44,245 nt of DNA from an uncultured Pseudomonadales bacterium (GTDB lineage: Bacteria > Patescibacteriota > Microgenomatia > UBA1400 > PJMF01): assembly GCA_964400865.1 (NCBI GenBank), contig CAYNWG010000003.1, positions 1-44,245 on the forward strand. Direction: 5' to 3'. Position 1 is the first letter of the stretch; every line of letters starts with the position of its first letter. Below are positions 18,329 through 29,300 of this stretch, one piece after another. Both the position numbers and the translations under genes were made by a program. Below the pieces are notes generated by a model. The model saw nothing but the letters and a program-made list of their open reading frames with translations, did no database searches and was not told where the DNA came from.

Positions 18329-19410
18329 AACACTACATGAAATTACAAAATCAATTAGCAACGCTATTCAAGAACTTTTTTTCTAATGGCTTATTCTTTT
18401 TGTTAGTTTTGCCGGCGAGTGGTGCCTACGAACTACATGATTATGGTTTTGGAGCAGGTGGCGTAGGCGTAGCAGATTCTGGCACCTATTCACTCAGCGC
18501 TGTAGCGGGAGAAATTTCTGGTGCACAAGGCATTGGCGCAACTTACAACTTGGGACCTGGACTGCAATTTACCCGTCAAAGCAATGTCCCGGCTGCGCCA
18601 ACTTTTTCCAATCCAGATAATTATTATAACCGTTTGCAATTTATTTTAGATTCCGGTGGTAATCCCAGTGATACATTGTTTGCGATTGCTATAAGCGCTG
18701 ATGATTTTGTTACAACTAACTTTATCCAGACAGACGGCACCATTGGTGCAACAGTTGCTTACCAAACATATGCTGATTGGGGTGGTGGCTCTGGTGAATA
18801 TGTGATTGGCTTAGAAAGAAATACCACCTATAAAATTAAAGTGAAAGCGGTCCAGACAAAGTATACCGAAACAGAATATAGTGTGGCGGCGACAGCCGCC
18901 ACTACCGCAGCTAGTCTCTCATTTGATATTGATGTTTCAGCCTCAGACACCGAGACAGGGCCACCCTACGCAGTGTCTTTTGGACCTCTTGCAATTGGTG
19001 GTGTGACTACCGCCACAGACAAAGTTTGGTTTGATCTTTCCACCAATGGTGATGGCGGTGGCTTTGTGTACGTCTATACGCAGAGCGCAGGTTTGACGAG
19101 CGCCGAAGCGCCCTATACCATCACTTCTGCCACCGCCAATCTGGCTTCTGCTAACGAAGGCTATGGAACTCGAGTGGAAAGCGTTACACAAACGAGCGGC
19201 GGCCCGCTGGCCGCCGTCAGCCCTTATGACGGTACTCTAGAAAACGTAGGTATTCTCAATACCACCTCTCGCAATTTGCTCAATTCAACTGCCCAGCCTA
19301 TTACCAATGGTAGAGCTTCATTTGTACTGAAAGCCAAAGCCTCAACGCTTACCCCCTCCGCCAGCGACTACACCAGCATACTCACTGCAGTTGCCAGTGC
19401 AACGTTTTAA
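18325..19410 (+). CDS. Secreted surface protein, WxL-like C-terminal domain (locus subunit D)
   Basis: ATGA overlap with the upstream stop. Signal peptide FFSNGLFFLLVLPASGA. An FN3-like middle segment (NTTYKIKVKAV). The C-terminal half aligns with the 351-aa protein and ends DYTSILTAVASATF. Confidence 0.6.
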   Translation: MKHYMKLQNQLATLFKNFFSNGLFFLLVLPASGAYELHDYGFGAGGVGVADSGTYSLSAVAGEISGAQGIGATYNLGPGLQFTRQSNVPAAPTFSNPDNYYNRLQFILDSGGNPSDTLFAIAISADDFVTTNFIQTDGTIGATVAYQTYADWGGGSGEYVIGLERNTTYKIKVKAVQTKYTETEYSVAATAATTAASLSFDIDVSASDTETGPPYAVSFGPLAIGGVTTATDKVWFDLSTNGDGGGFVYVYTQSAGLTSAEAPYTITSATANLASANEGYGTRVESVTQTSGGPLAAVSPYDGTLENVGILNTTSRNLLNSTAQPITNGRASFVLKAKASTLTPSASDYTSILTAVASATF

Positions 19411-19455
19411 ATTTAGGTAAATTGCAAAAAGCTAGTGTACAATTGGGACAACACT

Positions 19456-20229
19456 ATGGACGCATTTCAACCTACTCCCGCAATATCCAGATCTACAAAA
19501 AAGCAAAGACCACTGTTTTTTTATCCGTTGTTAATTCTGGTTGCATTACTTTTGGGCGGCTTGGGTTATTATTTCTTCCAAAAGCAACAATTTGTTTCAA
19601 CTGCCGAATCCGAAGCCGCTGAGTTAAAAAAGGTGGTAATTCAAGTTGGCAAGCTGATGGATCTACCCAAAGATGAAACGCCAGTGCTGGCAACGGTAAC
19701 TGATAGAGAAAAAATTAAAACCCAGGCATTTTTTGCTCGCTCAGAAAACGGAGATAAAGTCTTGCTGTATACGAATCTTGGTCGGGCAATTTTGTATCGA
19801 CCCTCTACAAATAAAATTGTGGATGTCACTCTGATTAATACGACAAATACGGCTGATATTCCGTCTGGAACAACAAGTCCCCCCACCGTTGTCAATACTC
19901 CAATCCCCACTTCTACAATAACCCCCACTCCAACTGCCACCGTTCAGACCAAAGTTATTCTGCTCAATGGCACAACGACGCAAGGGTTAACCAACAGCGC
20001 AGAAACTCGGTTGCTAAAGGATGTTACTGGAATTGAAATAATTCAAAAGACTAATGCCACTAAACAAGATTATTCTACAACTCAAGTAGTAGCACTTTCC
20101 CCTACCGCAACAACGGTGGCTAATCAAATTGCCCGCTTATATAACACAACTGTCACCCAACAGTTACCTTCGGGTGAAACCGCAGCTGCTGCTGACGTAG
20201 TAGTGATTCTTGGGGAAAATGCAAATTGA
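19456..20229 (+). CDS. Membrane-anchored LytR_C (LytR/CpsA/Psr C-terminal) domain protein
   Basis: TM LFFYPLLILVALLLGGLGYYFF. C-terminal KVILLNGTTTQGLTNSAETRLLK...ADVVVILGEN is typical of LytR_C. ATG 19456 is preferred over GTG 19435. Confidence 0.6.
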   Translation: MDAFQPTPAISRSTKKQRPLFFYPLLILVALLLGGLGYYFFQKQQFVSTAESEAAELKKVVIQVGKLMDLPKDETPVLATVTDREKIKTQAFFARSENGDKVLLYTNLGRAILYRPSTNKIVDVTLINTTNTADIPSGTTSPPTVVNTPIPTSTITPTPTATVQTKVILLNGTTTQGLTNSAETRLLKDVTGIEIIQKTNATKQDYSTTQVVALSPTATTVANQIARLYNTTVTQQLPSGETAAAADVVVILGENAN

Positions 20230-20332
20230 GAGCCTCAATTTATAAACACATATTAAATTGTTAATATTTCCTCAAGAAGTTTCGTGTTTTCTTCTCCTAT
20301 CACTCAAACGTCCTACTTGATACGATGGGTAC

Positions 20333-23300
20333 ATGCGGTTTTTGCGCTTGTTATTGTTGTGTGTGGTAGCGGTTTTTGGCCTGATTTTCTTTGTACAACA
20401 ACAACCAGTGATTGCCGCTACAGGTATTCTCAAACAAATTAATTTCCAGGGCAAAGTTGTCAACAAAACAGCAGGCACCAATATTGCAGACAATAATTAT
20501 TCCTTTACTTTTACGATCTATGACGCTGCTTCTGGCGGAACGACCCTCTGGACCGAAACTAAATCGGTTGAGGTAAAAAACGGTATTTTCCAGACTCTAC
20601 TCGGTAGTGGCACTGCCCTACCCGCTTCTATTGATTTTAATACTGACAATATCTATCTGGGTATTAACTTTAACAGCGATGGCGAAATGTCTCCCCGAGT
20701 GCGATTTGCAGCGGTGCCCCAAGCTTTTAATGCACAAAAAGTGGCTGGCCTGACGGTGACTGATACGACTGGAACGCTGACTATTCCTAATGGAGCCACG
20801 ATTGCTTTCTCTGGAGCGTATACGACTACATTTACCTCGACTAATAATTCATCAGTTACACTTCCCACATCAGGTACACTGGCTACACTCGCTGGAACAG
20901 AAGAATTTACTAATAAAACAATTGGTTCAACTGGTTTAATTTTCTCTGGAGCATCCACAGACGTTGATGCTGCATCTGGACAGGGTTTGACTTTTCAAGG
21001 TCGAGCGGCTTCTTCATTTGATACCACCTCAGGTAATTTGAGTTTCCAGGTGGCTGGTACCGGCACAACCGCCGTGGTTCAGATTGGAGCTGGTGGCAGT
21101 GGTAACACTACCCCAGATTACTTAGCGCTTGATGTAAAGTCTGACGCCGGAGATCCTGCTGGTGGTGCTGAGGGATACATTTACTACAACACTGCTGATA
21201 ATAAATTCCGTTGTTATCAAAATGCTGGTTGGACGGATTGTATTGGAAGTGGTGGATCAAGCAATTGGACCGTCGGTAATGGCATCATTTACCCCAACAA
21301 TCCCACCTTGGACTTATTTATTGGAGGCCTAGCTACCTCATCAGCCAAATTTGCATTCATCAATGTCAACAACGGGACACCAACGGCCTCTATCTCCGCC
21401 GGTACCAATGGAGCAACCTTCTTAACCGCAAGCGGGTATCTTTCGGCTACAGCAAAACAAAATTTGACCTTGGGTAACTCCGTTACTTACAACACTACCG
21501 GAAACATCTTGCTAAATCCCAATGGCACAGGGAACGTGGGAATTGGGACTACCTCACCATTCTATAAATTTATTGTGCACAACTCCAGTGGAGGAACACC
21601 GTTCGCGGTTTCTGATCAATCTTTTGGATCATTGGGAACTGCAAAAGCATATATCACCTCCAATGACACTTGGGGAACTCGATTTCTACTCGAAAACACA
21701 GACGCGGGTGGTACAACACATGGTTTAATGAGCTATGGTGCAACTAATCCGTATGCAGCAGCTGGGACTTTTGCAATCATTGTGGGTGGTTCGGACAAAT
21801 TTGCAATCACGAATAGTGGGAATGTTGGAGTCGGCACAAATTATCCCTCAGCATTGTTTGATGTCGCTGGCTCTGCGTCAATCTCCGGCGCACTCGCATT
21901 TCGTGGTACAACAGATCCAAAAATCAACATCCTTAATGGTGAAAACTTTGGTATTCAAACCAGTGTCGGTGGTGATGCGGGCTTGACCGAAGTTTTAACA
22001 ATCCTAAACAGTGGCAACGTCGGTATAGGCACCACGACTCCTGGAGGAATCCTACACGCTGTCGGCACAGCCACTACTACACCACTCTTTGCGACCACTA
22101 CCACAATGTCGGGTACACCACTTACAATGTTAGATTTTAAATTCAACACAGTCACTAATTTAGGTCGAATTGGTGGAGTCACTGCAAATTCAACTGATAC
22201 ATTTTATATTTACGGTACTGCTGGCAGACAAATTGCACTGGGCGCAAGTTCTAGCATGACTCCTCACTTACTGATTAATACGAGTGGTAATGTTGGCATT
22301 GGGACAACGAGTCCTGTCGCAAAACTTGAATTGGTAGGTACGAATGATGTAACACAACTTATTGTTAAAGCATCAAGTGGTCAATCCATGACCAATCCAA
22401 TTATTCAACTACAAGATAGTAGTGGCAATACTCTTATGGATATTAGTGCCAGTGGCCATGAAACGACCTTTATTGGTAAAGATGCGGGAAGAAATAACAG
22501 CGGTGCTGGATTGAGTGGTGGCTATTCGAATACTTTCATTGGATGGCAATCTGGATATTCTCATAATAATTATAGTGGCAATACATACTTGGGTCAGTCA
22601 AGTGGTTACTATGAAGAAGATAGTGCAGGTAACACATTCATTGGAGCTGCAGCTGGGAAGGGTACGGCGCTATTTACTTCTCCTTCCAATACAATTGTTG
22701 GTAATAGTGCAGGATACAAGATGGGAAATTCATCAGGAATGAATGTGTTCTTGGGCAATGATGCTGGATATAATGTGGTAACTGGAGCAGGAAATCTGTT
22801 CCTAGGATATCAGGCAGGTTACAATGAAACTGGCTCAAACAAACTCTATATTGATAACTCAAACACCTCATCACCGTTAATTTGGGGTGACTTCAGCACA
22901 AATGTAGTTAACTTTAACGGCAATGTGGGCATTGGGACAACGAGTCCCGACGACGCACTCGATGTCACGGGAGTGATTGATACATCGGAATATTATCAAT
23001 TGGATAATGTAACTATCCTCAATCAAGTTAATACCGGTTCATTGCTACTTGGGACAAGTGCTGGGACCAGCATAGTTGCTGGAGCTGATTATAATACCTT
23101 ACTTGGATACAACGCAGGGTATAGCATGAACAATGCGACGTCTGACTTTAATATTGCTATCGGGTATAACGCAGGATACGGAAATACCAGCGGTTCTAAT
23201 AACATATACGCTGGAGTAGACGCGGGTTACTACAATCAGACAGGTAGATACAATATCTTCCAGGGTTACCGGGCTGGTTATGGCACAGCAGCTTACACAG

Positions 23301-26300
23301 GCTCTGACGACAATATCGCTGTTGGACAAAGTGCTCTATATTCCTTAGGAAGTAATGCTGATTACAACATCGCACTTGGTTATCAAAGCGGATATGAAAA
23401 TACTACCGGCACCTATAATCTCTACCATGGTTATCGAGCCGGCTTCTACAATCAGACCGGTAGCTACAATATCTTCCAGGGTTTCCGGGCAGGTTATGGC
23501 ACAGCAGCTTACACAGGCTCAGACAACAACATCGCACTAGGAAATGACGCTCTTTTTTATATAGGAAGCAGTACGGATAATAATATAGCATTAGGGTATC
23601 GAGCTGGCTTCTACAATGAGACCGGAACTGACAATATGTTCCAGGGATATGAAGCAGGTATGGGAACATCAGCATACACAGGCTCAGACAACAATATCGC
23701 ACTAGGAGAGAGTTCTCTTTATTCATTAGGAAGTAATGCCGATAATAATATCGCACTTGGTTATCAGGCTGGGTATTCGAATACTACTGGTACATATAAT
23801 AACTTCCAGGGCTATCAGGCCGGTTATTACAGCCAGACAGGTCAATGGAATATCTTCCAAGGAAATCTAGCAGGTCGCGGCACGACAGCTTACACAGGCT
23901 CAGACAACAATATCGCCCTTGGCGCGAGCGCCCTGTATTCCTTGGAGAGTTACGCCGATAATAATATCGCACTAGGATATTATGCCGGATATTCTAATTC
24001 TTCCGGAACAGACAACCTATACTTTGGTGTTGGTTCGGGCCAGAATAACCAAACAGGTACATTTAATATTTTCCTGGGCAGTAATGCAGGAACTGGCTTA
24101 TCAGTAAACACAGGCTCTGACAACAATATCGCTATTGGACGAGAAGCAATGAATTCTATTGGAAGCAGTGCTGATGAAAATATTGCCATTGGGTTTGCTG
24201 CCGGGTATAAGAATAATACAGCAACCAATAACATATCCATGGGTTCGGCAGCCGGATATTACAACTTATCAGGAACAAATAATATTTTCCTGGGAACAAG
24301 TGCGGGTATGGGCAATTTCTCTAATTACACAGGCTCAGACAACAATATCGCCCTCGGACAAAATGCTCTTAATTCTATCGGAAGTAGCTCCGATAATAAT
24401 ATCGCACTTGGTTATCAAGCAGGATATTCAACAACAACTGGCGATGGGAATATATTTTTGGGATACCAGGCTGGGTATAGTGAAACCGGCAGTGACAAAC
24501 TCTACATCGATAATTCCAACACAAGCTCACCACTTATTTGGGGCGACTTTGTAACAAATTTTGTTAATTTCAATGGTAACGTTGGTATCGGCTCAACAGC
24601 TCCTTCCCAACTACTGGATGTCGTTGGTGCCATCCGCCTTGGTGCTGCAGGTGCTAATAATGTGCTCAATACCACCATTGGTGGCGGTGCACCAAGTGGC
24701 TATCTCTATTGGGGAGACAGAGCTGTCTGTGATAGCACCGGTAACTGTGGTGGTGGCACGAGTAACTGGACAGTGGGTGCTGGATTCCTTCATCCCAATA
24801 ACCCGTCGCTAGATATGTTCATTGGTGGATACGCTTCGGCTTCAGCTAAATTTGCATTTTTGAATGTTAATTCAGGTATTCCTACCGCTTCCATCTCAGG
24901 CAATCTTGCACTTGCCGCTCCCACAGGTACCGATCCCGCAACCAAACTCAATATCTACAATGGTGGCTCATTTGGTATTCAAACATCTGTCGGTGGCGAC
25001 ACTGGACTGGCTGAAAGGCTTACGATTCTAAATACTGGTAACGTCGGTATCGGAACAACCAGCCCTGGAGCTAATTTGGAAGTTATTGGTAACGCAAAGC
25101 TAAGTAGTGTGTTAGCTCTGAATGGAGCTGCCCTAGAGGCTCAATCTGCAATTAATATTTCACTTCAAGATGTTCCGTCATACCAAGATAGTGGAATAAA
25201 AGTTACTGCAAGTAAAGCAGGAGATACCTTTGGACTATGGAATACATTAACAAACTCTGGTACATCGAACACAACAGCGGGTGTATACAACACAATCAAT
25301 CAAAATACCACATCTGATTACTATGAGGGTGTTGGGTCACTTAACTGGCTATATACCGCCAACGATGCATACATTCAATATTTGTATGGAGCAAAAACAA
25401 CATTGTCAACGCATGCAACTGATGTTGGAATTGGATATTATGCAAATTCTCACTTTTCTACTACAGGAGGAGAACAATACGGCTTGTATATCGATTTAAA
25501 TAACGTTAACTCTACTAACTACGGAGTTTACGAAGCAGGTGGAGCTACTAACTATTTTGCGGGTAATGTAGGAATTGGAACAACAACACCAAATGGGTTA
25601 TTTCATGTTGCTAATACGAGCAGTGGCAACCTTAGAACAGGTGGCTTATTTCAGAACGCTGGGACTACTGCAGGAACTAGTGTTAGTTTAGATTTTTCAA
25701 CCACTAGTAATAATATTAATGCAAGAATTTCGGCAATTAGAACTGGTGCAACTTACGAACCTACTGAATTAGCTTTTTATTCAAGCTTTGATGGCACACT
25801 ATCCGAAGCAGTTAGAATTGATTGGGACGGGAAAGTCGGGATTGGCACTACTGCTCCAGGAGCAAAGTTACAAATCGGCACAGCCGGTACAACTTTGGGT
25901 ACTATGCGTCTGACTGGTAATACAGCTGGGTACTTGCAACTGCAACCCAGTGCGACCGCTGGGGATTGGACACTGACTTTTCCCGCCAATGATGGAGATA
26001 ACGCTCAAGTCCTAACTACAAATGGCAGTGGCGTGACTTCCTGGACGACTGTTTCTGGAGGTAGCGGAGCAAACACAGCGTTGTCAAACCTAGCAAGCGT
26101 CGCTATTAACACCAGTTTGTTCAGCGATGCCGCCGATACTGATGATCTTGGCTCAACAACCTTTGAGTGGAATTCACTCTTCTTGGCAGATGGTTCTGGC
26201 TTAACTGCCGGTGGTGGGCTGTTCTTTGGTACTGATCAAGACTTACTGTTAACATATGATGAAACAACCAGCGATGCCTTAGTATTTTCTGATGGCACCA

Positions 26301-29300
26301 ACCCATTTCTTTCCATTAAAGATCAGGGTACCGCGGCGGATATATCTTTTAATAACGACAGCTTCTTTATTTCAAATAATGGCAATGTAGGTATTGGAAC
26401 GACTACGCCCTTTACTAAACTATCAGTCGTGAGTGCTGATACTGCCATAAGTGGCGTGACTGCAACGACTGCTAAAGTGGGTGTCTATGGTGGTGCTGGA
26501 ACTGCGGCTGCTTACGGGGTCATGGGTCAGAACAATAATGCGGCAGGTGTTGCTGTACTGGCGCAACAAGATTCAACCGGGTACGCACTCTATTCACTGG
26601 GAGGTAAAAACTACTTTTCTGGCAATGTGGGCATCGGAACAACCGTACCCACAGAAAAGTTAACAGTAATCGGCAATGCGTCAATATCAGGTACTCTACA
26701 ACTAGCGCCCAACGTAGCTGTAGACGCTGGCACCTGTGATGCATCTGCTAAAGGGAAACAATATTATAACGGTACTGATAACAAAATGTATTATTGCAAT
26801 GGCACAGCTTGGACAGTGATGGGGGCGGGCGATGTCAAACTAGAAACTTTTGTTGCCAATGGCAACTATATACCAACTTCAGATACAGTTTTAACTATTG
26901 TAGAAGCGATTGGTCCAGGTGGAGGTGGAGGTGGAGGTGGTAGTGCTGCCACAGGTACTGCCACTACTGGCGGAGGTGGAGGTGGAGGTGGTGCCTATAC
27001 CACTAAAACCTTTAGTTATGCCAATGTCACCCCCAATGTCAGTATTGTCGTTCCTACTGGTGGCGTAGGTGCCAACGGTGGCACCAATGCTGCAGGCGGA
27101 GACGGTGGTGCTGCTTCAGCAGATACCTCATTTGGTTCTTTGCTGGTGGCATACAAAGGTGGAGGAGCAGGCAATGGAGCCACGGGAACTACCTATGGTG
27201 GAGGTGGAGGTGGAGGTGGTAGTGGCGCCGCTGGCGGTAATAGCACAAATCAAACTGGCGCTGCAGGTGGTGGACCCGGTGGTGCCGCCGCGGCTGCTAG
27301 TGTAGATGGTGTTGGTGGTGGTGGTGGTGGCACCACAGCGGCCGGAGGAAATAGTAGTTGGGGTGGTGGAGGTGGCGCACCCAGTCGTATTGGTGGATCT
27401 GCTGGATATGCTGGTGGCAGTAGTGTGAGAGGTGGTGGTGCGGGTGGCGCTGGTGGTAGCTGCGCGGCTTCCTGTGCAACTACAGCTGGGGGTGCTGGCG
27501 GTAATGTGCCAGGAGCAGTTGCTGGTGGTGGAGGTACCGCTGGTTCAGGCGCGGGTGGAGCTGGTGGTACTGGCACCGATAATGCTACTGGCATTGGTGG
27601 TGACGGTGGCGGTGGTGGTGCGAGTAATAATACTGCAGGGGGAAATGGTGGTGCTGGTGGATATGGTGGCAATCCAGGTGGTGGTGGCGGAGGTGGCGGT
27701 GCAGCAGTCTACAGTGCTCCCAATGGTACTGGTGGCAGGGGTGGCAATGGCGGCAGAGGCGAAGTTCGGGTCTGGTCTGTCAAAGGCTCTGGAGCTGACT
27801 ATGCTGAACTCTATTCAAGCCATGATGAAACACTAGAAGCTGGAGATGTCGTAGCCATAGACTCAACCCTCAAAGCTGGTGTCAAAAAAAGTACCGCACC
27901 CTATGAAAATGGTCTGCTGGGCATTGTTTCAACATTGCCAGGCCAAATCGTCGGAGATGTGGAGGATGAAGCTCTCCATATTGTACCGATTGCTTTGGCT
28001 GGCCGTGTGCCGGTTAAAGTTTCAACAGAGAATGGTGCTATTAAATCCGGAGACTTTCTCACAGCATCTTCTGTACCGGGTGTAGCTATGAAAGCGACTT
28101 CGGTTGGTTTAACAATTGGTACAGCTATCCAAGATTATGATGGTCCCGCAGATCAAATTGGTCGAGTCAGTGTATTCGTGAATACGACTTTCACCTCAGG
28201 ACTGCTCCTCAAAGATGTCTTGGAAAGTCATGGAGTCACGATCCCTGAAGCAGTTTGGCGCTCAAATACTGTTGACTACTCCTGGTATGTCCTCGCAACT
28301 ATGCTTGAAAAACAGCAGGTGATTTCTCAGCAACCTACACTTACAGAAACATATGTAGATAGAATAGTGGCAGGCCTTGAAATGATTGCATCCCGATTAG
28401 TTACTCGAGAGATATTTACCCAAAAATTGTCCGCTCAAACAGGCAATGATCTAGAAATCAATTTAGCTACAGACAATAAATTGGTTGTCTACACTGCTCC
28501 AGCTACTATTAATAGTGACGCAACTGAGAGTGGTAGAGTAGCTGCTCTAACCGTGGATGCTACAGGCAAGCTCATAGTGAGTGGCAATACCACGACTCAA
28601 AGTTTGACCACCCAAAGCATCACCTTTGTTGATCCAACCAATGCCAGTGGCTCAGCTACGATTGTGATGGACAATCAGGGCAATGCCTACTTTGCAGGGC
28701 AAGTTGGCGTGGGCAATGGTTCTCAACTAGCTGGTCTAGAAATTAATAGTGGCTCACTAGGGACGGCTGGATTAAAACTGGCTATGCTGGCCACCGATGA
28801 CCCGCAAGTTGCCAGCTCAAGCGGCAGAGTCTTGGGTGTGGATAGTGAGGGTAATGTGATTTTGGTAGACAATCCGAGAAACAACGAAAATCTCGATCCA
28901 CCTAAAATTCAAGCGAGCCAAATAGAAGGGTTAGAAGTGGCATTATTTAATGCAACGGCTTCTGGCGAGCTGCGGATAAATCGCCGTTCATTCTTTACTA
29001 CCTTTGTGGAGTTTGTCCAAACCGTCATCTTCCGAGGCGAAGTTAACTTCTTGGGCAAGACCTACTTTGCTCAAGACATGGCTGGCACTGCTTTGATAGT
29101 CAATAATGAACAAGTAGTGGATGTTACTTTTGAAAAACCATATGAGTACCCACCTATCGTAACAATTTCTTACAAACTCAAAGAAGCGACTGAAAGTGCA
29201 TTCTTAAACCAAAGTAGTCGTGTGGCAGTATCAGATGTGACCGAACAAGGTTTTAGCATTGTGCTCGAACGACCCACCATTCGCGATGTCGAGTTTACGT

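Noticed and set aside
23100-24500. Regularly spaced conserved ~26-nt anchors that superficially resemble a CRISPR array
   Set aside because: The period is 216 nt, the units between anchors are themselves homologous, everything stays in one reading frame of the fibre gene, and there are no cas genes. It is a coding tandem repeat.
21250-25100. Near-duplicate blocks in the fibre gene considered as a DGR template/variable repeat pair
   Set aside because: No reverse transcriptase ORF is present anywhere in the window. Differences between the copies are not adenine-specific, and the blocks are long protein-module duplications.
27250-27672. 140-aa poly-Pro/Ala minus-strand ORF, plus the other antisense or off-frame ORFs inside the giant genes (e.g. 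2299..2541, 5405..6032, 23403..23972, 27432..27836)
   Set aside because: These are reverse-complement or frame-shifted readings of Gly-rich and repeat-rich coding sequence. They sit inside uninterrupted 6-9 kb ORFs with coherent domain structure.
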